Shown: piece after piece, positions 58,770 to 64,000 of the stretch
Numbering within the stretch: the first letter of the stretch is position 1
Layout of the letters: the number at the start of each line of letters is the position of its first letter
Assembly (NCBI GenBank): GCA_021813555.1
Contig: JAKAKG010000203.1
Location: 3,507 to 67,506, forward strand
Origin: Acidobacteriota bacterium
GTDB taxonomy: Bacteria; Acidobacteriota; UBA4820; DSQY01
Reading direction: 5' to 3'
Length of the DNA: 64,000 nt
Made by a program: the position numbers and the translations under genes
Notes under the pieces: generated by a model
Seen by the model: only the letters and a program-made list of their open reading frames with translations
Database searches by the model: none
Told to the model about the DNA's origin: nothing

Positions 58770-59312
58770 GTGCGGGTGCAGGACCTTGTCGCGGTTGAAC
58801 AGTGGCTTCGGGAGGCGAAGGACGGCGACGAGGAGGCCTTTGCCCGCCTGGTGAAGGCTTACTATGGGCCCCTCTTCCGCCTCGTGTACCAGATGGTGCC
58901 TCGCGCCCACGATGCGGAGGACATCCTCCAAGAGACGTTCTTCAGATTCTTTCAGGCTCTCCGGCGGCTTGTCCCCGGCCAGGACCCCTTCCCTTTCTTG
59001 AAAAGCATCGCGGTGCGGCGCACCTACAGCTTCTTGAAGCGCAATGACCGCATCCATGTTTCGCTGGACCACCTTCCCGAAGACACTCCCCAACTTTCCG
59101 TCCAAGGACACCCGTACGAGATCCGGACCCTCTACCTCTGGGCGGCGAAACTGCCCCCGGCCCAGCGTCTCGTGTTCCTCCTGCGCGACGTTCTCGGAGT
59201 AGAGGACGGTGAAATCGCCCGCCTCACGGGCCTCCGGGAGGTGACCGTGCGGCGCCATGCCTCCCTGGCCCGGCAGACGCTGGAACGCGAATTCGGCTCC
59301 GAGTCCCTCTGA
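58770..59312 (+). CDS. ECF-type RNA polymerase sigma factor
   Basis: GTG start after GAAGGGGAGAG. It has sigma-70 region 2 (DAEDILQETFFRFF) and region 4. Confidence 0.75.
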   Translation: MRVQDLVAVEQWLREAKDGDEEAFARLVKAYYGPLFRLVYQMVPRAHDAEDILQETFFRFFQALRRLVPGQDPFPFLKSIAVRRTYSFLKRNDRIHVSLDHLPEDTPQLSVQGHPYEIRTLYLWAAKLPPAQRLVFLLRDVLGVEDGEIARLTGLREVTVRRHASLARQTLEREFGSESL

Positions 59313-59409
59313 GGGGCGTCCGCCTCCCCGGAGCCGGCTGCGCCTCCCACGGCCGACCTTCGAGCTCGGCTGGTTCTCCGCGTTGCGGAGGCCCCCCGGG
59401 TCCCTTATA

Positions 59410-60078
59410 ATGGGCTTTAGATGGGAGCAGAACGTGGACTTGGCGAAGATCCGAAAAAAAGCTCGGGGCGGCGCGCCGGGAGGAACGAGGGCCGCGGGAC
59501 CGCCGCCGGAGGCGGAACCATCGGCACCGGCGGCCCAGGCGGCGGACCCGGATGTTCTGCCAGGGCCTGCGGCCGACTCCGAATCGCCGGCCTTCGCCCT
59601 CCCGACGGCCCAGCCCGCAAAGGAGGACACGGCAGCTCCCGCCGAGCCCGCGGCCGCAGGAGAGCGCCTCCTCATCTTTGATCTGGACGGCGAGAAATAC
59701 GCCATCCCCATCCACGACATCGCCCAGATCATCGACATGCCCCCCGCCACGTTCGTCCCCAACGCACCGCCCTTTCTGTCCGGCATCTTCTCCCTCCGGG
59801 GGCGGATCGTCTCCATCATCAACGTGGCGTCCAGACTGGGCCTGATCTCCTCCAAACCGGAGGCACCCAAGGTGATCGTGCTGGATTTGGGCGCAGACCA
59901 CATCGGACTTCTCGTGGACCAGATCGACCAGGTGGTGGAGGTGAACGTGGCCGCGCTGGAACCGGTGCCCGAGGGATTCAAGCCCGTGGTCCAGGACTTC
60001 GTGGAGGGTGTCTTTCACCACAAGGGGCGAGCCGTTGGCTTCCTCAATCTGCCCATGTTCCTTGCATTCGACGTCTGA
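59410..60078 (+). CDS. cheW: CheW-domain protein with low-complexity N-terminal region
   Basis: The ATG at 59410 starts a C-terminal CheW-like domain (LLIFDLDGEKYAIPIHDIAQII...IFSLRGRIVSIINV). Confidence 0.8.
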   Translation: MGFRWEQNVDLAKIRKKARGGAPGGTRAAGPPPEAEPSAPAAQAADPDVLPGPAADSESPAFALPTAQPAKEDTAAPAEPAAAGERLLIFDLDGEKYAIPIHDIAQIIDMPPATFVPNAPPFLSGIFSLRGRIVSIINVASRLGLISSKPEAPKVIVLDLGADHIGLLVDQIDQVVEVNVAALEPVPEGFKPVVQDFVEGVFHHKGRAVGFLNLPMFLAFDV

Positions 60079-60095
60079 CCCGGGGAGCCGCCGCC

Positions 60096-60866
60096 ATGTT
60101 CGTCCAGTGTCCGAATTGCCTCAAGCGATACCGCCTCAACGAGAGTCAGGCCAGGCTCCTCAGAATCCGGTGCCGAAGCTGCAGCACCGAGTTCCTCGTG
60201 TCGCCCTCCGTGGAGCCGAGCCATGAGCTGGCGGGAGCCCACGGGCGTGCCACGGCCGTCGTGGCCGACATCCAGCGGGACTTCCGCAACAGCTTGGTGG
60301 AGCTGCTCCACCGCCTGGGCCTCAACCTGGTGGTCACGGAAGACGGCCTCACGGCGCTCGCGGAGGTCCGGTCCAGGAGGCCCCGTCTCCTGCTGGTGAA
60401 TCCGTACCTTCCCGGGCTCATGGGGACGGATCTCATCGCCCGGCTCAGGGCCGAAGAGGCGGCGCCTCCAACCATCATCCTTTTGGGAGCCATCCACAAT
60501 CGGAAGCGATACAGACGGCGGCCCCAGTCCCTTTACGGAGCCGACGACTACCTGGACGAGGGGGGTTCGGACGAAGCGGTCCTGCGCAAAATCGAGTTCC
60601 ATCTGCAGCTCGCGCCATCCGCATCGGCCCCAGAGGGCTCCGACGAGGAAGCCACGAGACTGGCGAGAAGCGTCTTCGCCGATCTGCTGGTGTACGATCC
60701 GCGGCGTATGGCCCAGGTAAAAACACCTGAAGACTTCTTTCGGCTCTTCCGGGACGAGGTGGCTGAGGGACGGCGTTACATCGAGACCCGAAAACAGGGC
60801 GCCGGTGACCACCTGCGGGACGTGGTCGCGCGCTACCTTCAGATCGCTGAAGAGGGGGAAGCATGA
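60096..60866 (+). CDS. Zinc-ribbon (MJ0042-type) plus receiver-like domain protein
   Basis: An N-terminal CPNC...CRSC zinc ribbon is followed by a CheY-like fold with a degenerate acidic pocket. Confidence 0.6.
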   Translation: MFVQCPNCLKRYRLNESQARLLRIRCRSCSTEFLVSPSVEPSHELAGAHGRATAVVADIQRDFRNSLVELLHRLGLNLVVTEDGLTALAEVRSRRPRLLLVNPYLPGLMGTDLIARLRAEEAAPPTIILLGAIHNRKRYRRRPQSLYGADDYLDEGGSDEAVLRKIEFHLQLAPSASAPEGSDEEATRLARSVFADLLVYDPRRMAQVKTPEDFFRLFRDEVAEGRRYIETRKQGAGDHLRDVVARYLQIAEEGEA

Positions 60867-63073
60867 ACACGGAGTTCGCCCGAGAGATCGCCTCTCCGGA
60901 CGTGGAGACGCGCCGAAGGGCCGCCATCGCCCTGGCGGACGAGACGGCGGCGACGGCCCTCCCGTGGCTGGACACCCTCCTGGGTGACCCCAACTGGCGG
61001 GTCCGGAAGGCAGCCGTGGAGACGGTCTTGGCCCTTCCCACCGAAGCCGTCATGCCGACGCTGATCCAGGCGCTCTATGACCCCGAAAACGCAGGCAAGC
61101 GCAATTCGGCCTATGAATCTCTCGTCAAGGCGGGCCCTTCGGTTCTTCCCCACGTCTACGACCACCTGGTGGAGGAAGACACGGACGTAAAACTCGCCCT
61201 CATCTCCTTGCTGGGCGAGGTGCCGAGCCGAAATTCCGCCCCTCACCTCATCTACTATCTGAGCCACGACAACATCAACGTCGTCTCCGCGGCCATCACC
61301 AGCCTCGGGCGCCTGAAAGACGCGGGCAACCTGCCCGTTCTCGTCGACCTTTTCCAGCGCCAGGACGATTGGGTCTGGTTCCATCTCATCGAAGCCCTCA
61401 GCGGCATCGGAGGTCCCGCCGCCACGTCCAAGCTCATCGAACTGTACGAGCATCCCAAGTACCGCAGGGCCGTCCTCAAGTCCTTCGGGAGGATGGGCGA
61501 TCTTCATACCGTATCCTTCCTCCTCCAGCGGGCCGCCGACCCCGGTTCGCCCCTCCTCGCCGTGATGGAGGCCCTGGGACAGATCTACAACGCCAACATC
61601 CCCGAAGCCCTGTTGCCGCGCCATCACCGGGAAGTGGCGCGTCAGATCCAGCTTCACTTCCCCATGGAGGTCCTGTCCCGCCTCGAAACGGCTTGGGGAG
61701 AAGCTAAAGTGACCGAGCGCCGCGGCATGATTCTGGTGGCCGGGGCCCTGGCGGACCTGTCGCTGCTCGACAAGGTCCTCGCCGAGCTGGCGAGCCCCTA
61801 CCTCCAGCGAGACGCCTTCAACGCGGCTCTGGCCTTCGGCCGGGCGGCAGCACGCACCCTCATCGCGCGCCTCAACGCTTCGCCGGCCCAGGACCAGCGC
61901 CTCCTCCTCATCCGCCTCCTCGCCGCCGCCGGCGGCCCCGATGCCGTGGTCCCCCTTCTGAACCAGTCGTACGAAGACGACGTCCAGATCCGGATGGAAG
62001 CCATCGCCGCGCTGGGGGAGGTGGACGATCCCCGCTGCCTCCAGAAACTCGTGGGCGTCCTGCGAGAGCCCGACATGACGTTCCACGACGTGGCCCTGCG
62101 GGCCGCGCGCAACCTCGCCCGGAAGCATCCCGAGCACCGGGCCCGGCTTGCCATCTCGGGGGAGACCATGGTCTCCGACGATGAAGAATCGGTGCGCTGC
62201 GCGGCCTACGCCCTTCTGGCGGAGGGCCGAAACGGCGACGCGGCCCTGCTCGTCCCCGGACTCCAGGACCCGTCACCCGTGGTCCGGCAGGCCGTGGTGC
62301 GGATCATCGCCCAGGGAGGGGGCGCCCACACCTTCCAGGACCTTTTGCCCATGCTGGGAGACACGGCTGCCCGGGTTCGCCGGGCCGTCATTTCGGCCCT
62401 GGGGCGCGAGCTGCTGGCGCGCCAACCGGAAATCCTCATCACGTCGCTCTCGGACCCCGACGTCTGGGTCCGGGCGGAAACGGCCTTCTTCCTTTCCCAG
62501 AGCACCGATCCGTCCATCAGCCGGTCCCTGCTCAAAGCCCTCGAGGAGGACGAGCTGCCCGTCCGGCTCGGCGCCCTCCGGGGCCTCGCCGAAGTGGGCT
62601 GCGGAAGCCTCTTCAAGGCGGTCCTCGCCCTTGCCACCCAAGCCTCCAGCCCGCTTGAGGTCCGCCAGGCGGCCCTGGGGGCTCTGGCCAAATCGGGGCG
62701 CCCCGATGCCGTGAAGGCCCTCACGGACGCCGTGCAGGAACACCGGTGGGAGATCCGTTCCACCGCCATCGAGCTCATGGGAGCCTCCCAGGACCGGCGG
62801 TTTATCCCGATCCTCCTGAAAGAGCTCGAACGGGACCAGGACACCCTCGTGCGCCAGACCGTCATCCACGCGCTCATCGCCCTCAAGGCCATCGAGGCCG
62901 TACCGCGCATGCTCAACTACCTGACGGACCCGGCCCTGAAGGACGCCACCTTTGCCTTTTTCACATCTCTGGGCAGGGAACACGCCCGCCTCATCGAGAA
63001 CGAGGCTCAGTCGGTGGATTTCCAGACCAAGCTCATCCTCATCGAGATCCTCAAGCACCTGGAGAATCTCTAA
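60863..63073 (+). CDS. HEAT/PBS-lyase repeat protein (chemosensory cluster-associated)
   Basis: 736 aa of repeated ~30-aa HEAT-like units (...VRxAAxxALG...). Its start overlaps the upstream stop (ATGA). Confidence 0.75.
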   Translation: MNTEFAREIASPDVETRRRAAIALADETAATALPWLDTLLGDPNWRVRKAAVETVLALPTEAVMPTLIQALYDPENAGKRNSAYESLVKAGPSVLPHVYDHLVEEDTDVKLALISLLGEVPSRNSAPHLIYYLSHDNINVVSAAITSLGRLKDAGNLPVLVDLFQRQDDWVWFHLIEALSGIGGPAATSKLIELYEHPKYRRAVLKSFGRMGDLHTVSFLLQRAADPGSPLLAVMEALGQIYNANIPEALLPRHHREVARQIQLHFPMEVLSRLETAWGEAKVTERRGMILVAGALADLSLLDKVLAELASPYLQRDAFNAALAFGRAAARTLIARLNASPAQDQRLLLIRLLAAAGGPDAVVPLLNQSYEDDVQIRMEAIAALGEVDDPRCLQKLVGVLREPDMTFHDVALRAARNLARKHPEHRARLAISGETMVSDDEESVRCAAYALLAEGRNGDAALLVPGLQDPSPVVRQAVVRIIAQGGGAHTFQDLLPMLGDTAARVRRAVISALGRELLARQPEILITSLSDPDVWVRAETAFFLSQSTDPSISRSLLKALEEDELPVRLGALRGLAEVGCGSLFKAVLALATQASSPLEVRQAALGALAKSGRPDAVKALTDAVQEHRWEIRSTAIELMGASQDRRFIPILLKELERDQDTLVRQTVIHALIALKAIEAVPRMLNYLTDPALKDATFAFFTSLGREHARLIENEAQSVDFQTKLILIEILKHLENL

Positions 63074-63082
63074 AGTCCGGCC

Positions 63083-63940
63083 ATGTTGAACCCCAACGAT
63101 GGGCCTCAGATGCCCCTGCTGGATGACGATCTCTACCGGCGTTTCTGCGTCCTTATTCATGACGAGACGGGCCTCTCCTTCGGGCCCGGCTCCCAGTTTT
63201 TCCTGGAGCGTAGGCTCGAGTCGCGCATGTCGGCCCTCGGAGGCGTGAGCCCCAGGGACTATTTGAACTACATCCGCTACGACCCGGACAGGACCCAGGA
63301 ATGGGACCACCTCGTGACGGTCATCACCACCAACGAGACGTACTTCATGAGGGAGATCAAGCAGCTTCGGTGCTTCCAGAATGATATCCTCCCCGCCCTA
63401 TGGGAACGGAGCGGGCGAAGCAGGATACGGGTCTGGAGCGCGGGCTGTTCCAGCGGAGAGGAACCTTACAGCATCGCCATCCTGGCCAAGGAAACGGGCC
63501 GTTATCCCGAGGGAGCCCTGGAGATCTACGCCACGGACATCAACTCGCGAGTCCTGGCGAAGGCCAAGGCGGGCCTCTACACGGAGAGCTCCTTCCGGGC
63601 CGTGGACGAAGCGTTCAAAGCACGCTGGTTCACGGAGGAAGAACCTGGGCGCTTCCGCGTCGCCCCCTCCATCCAAAAATGCGTGAACTTTTCGAGATTC
63701 AACCTCTTCGACCCAGGCAGGTACGGCCTGCTGCCGGCGTTCGATGTCATTTTCTGCCGCAATGTGATCATATACTTTGACATGGAAGCCAAAGTCAAAG
63801 TTATGGAAAGGTTCCACGAGAAGCTCAAGGCCCAGGGTTACCTGTTGCTGGGCCACTCCGAAAGCCTCATCTCCGTCACGGACACCTTCAAACTCATCCA
63901 CCTTCCGGGCGACCTCGTTTACGTCAAGGAGGGGCCATGA
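63083..63940 (+). CDS. cheR: Chemotaxis protein methyltransferase CheR (second paralog)
   Basis: Motifs ETYFMRE and IRVWSAGCSSGEEPYSIAIL, with a SAM-binding fold. Confidence 0.9.
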   Translation: MLNPNDGPQMPLLDDDLYRRFCVLIHDETGLSFGPGSQFFLERRLESRMSALGGVSPRDYLNYIRYDPDRTQEWDHLVTVITTNETYFMREIKQLRCFQNDILPALWERSGRSRIRVWSAGCSSGEEPYSIAILAKETGRYPEGALEIYATDINSRVLAKAKAGLYTESSFRAVDEAFKARWFTEEEPGRFRVAPSIQKCVNFSRFNLFDPGRYGLLPAFDVIFCRNVIIYFDMEAKVKVMERFHEKLKAQGYLLLGHSESLISVTDTFKLIHLPGDLVYVKEGP

Positions 63941-64000
63941 GCAAGATACGCGTTCTCGTGGTGGACGACTCATCTTTCAACCGCAAGGTCATCTCGGAGA
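63937..64000 (+). CDS. cheB: Chemotaxis response regulator protein-glutamate methylesterase CheB, partial (N-terminus only)
   Basis: The ATG overlaps the cheR stop (ATGA). The product MSKIRVLVVDDSSFNRKVISE is the canonical CheB receiver N-terminus. It runs off the window end and is not in the track. Confidence 0.7.
   Translation, partial: MSKIRVLVVDDSSFNRKVISE

Noticed and set aside
60839-63310. Two long minus-strand ORFs (60839..62137 and 62273..63310)
   Set aside because: They are antisense to the HEAT-repeat protein and cheR genes.

Overview
The window is high-GC (about 65-70%) chromosomal DNA from a Gram-negative bacterium (lpxK and lptE present, mreBCD-mrdA-rodA rod system); composition fits Acidobacteriota, Myxococcota or another deltaproteobacterial-like lineage, but I cannot assign taxonomy from sequence alone. 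Most of it is densely packed housekeeping and signalling genes, read by eye from the six-frame track. In order: a partial aldehyde dehydrogenase, a TlpA-like thioredoxin, a FecR-domain membrane protein, a GAF-GGDEF cyclase, a start/stop-overlapping mreB-mreC-mreD-mrdA-rodA-thiF-like operon, lpxK-priA, a complete chemotaxis cluster (cheR-mcp-cheW-cheY-cheA-cheC), an amidohydrolase, a trans-sulfuration enzyme, ahpC, queD-folE, rlmN, a lytic transglycosylase, leuS-lptE, holA, oppABC permease genes, and sucCD followed by korDABC (2-oxoacid:ferredoxin oxidoreductase) and ndk. The most interesting region is 52.5-58.7 kb, directly after ndk: an HPr-kinase-like P-loop protein, a PqqD-family peptide-recognition protein, a radical-SAM/SPASM enzyme, and a 42-aa small ORF with a strong Shine-Dalgarno that the ORF track does not list as a separate ORF (it is embedded in the track's 78-aa ORF 54782..55018) (MKKPYEKPAVIYKERIEARASSCGVSPSKAGTGTGCSAPFVS). 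A 1214-aa secreted peptidase-C25 (gingipain-like) protein follows immediately. This looks like an uncharacterised RiPP-type peptide-maturation system. It is followed by a second chemosensory cluster (ECF sigma, cheW, Zn-ribbon/REC, HEAT-repeat protein, cheR, partial cheB). The second recurring oddity is a family of short tandem repeats, GTGAGGA / GTGAAAA heptamers and GATGAGGA octamers, at five or more intergenic junctions. They carry SD-like, GTG/ATG start and TGA stop motifs, and in one case form a long hairpin inside the kor operon. ORFs that run off the window edges are absent from the supplied track and were recovered by manual translation.
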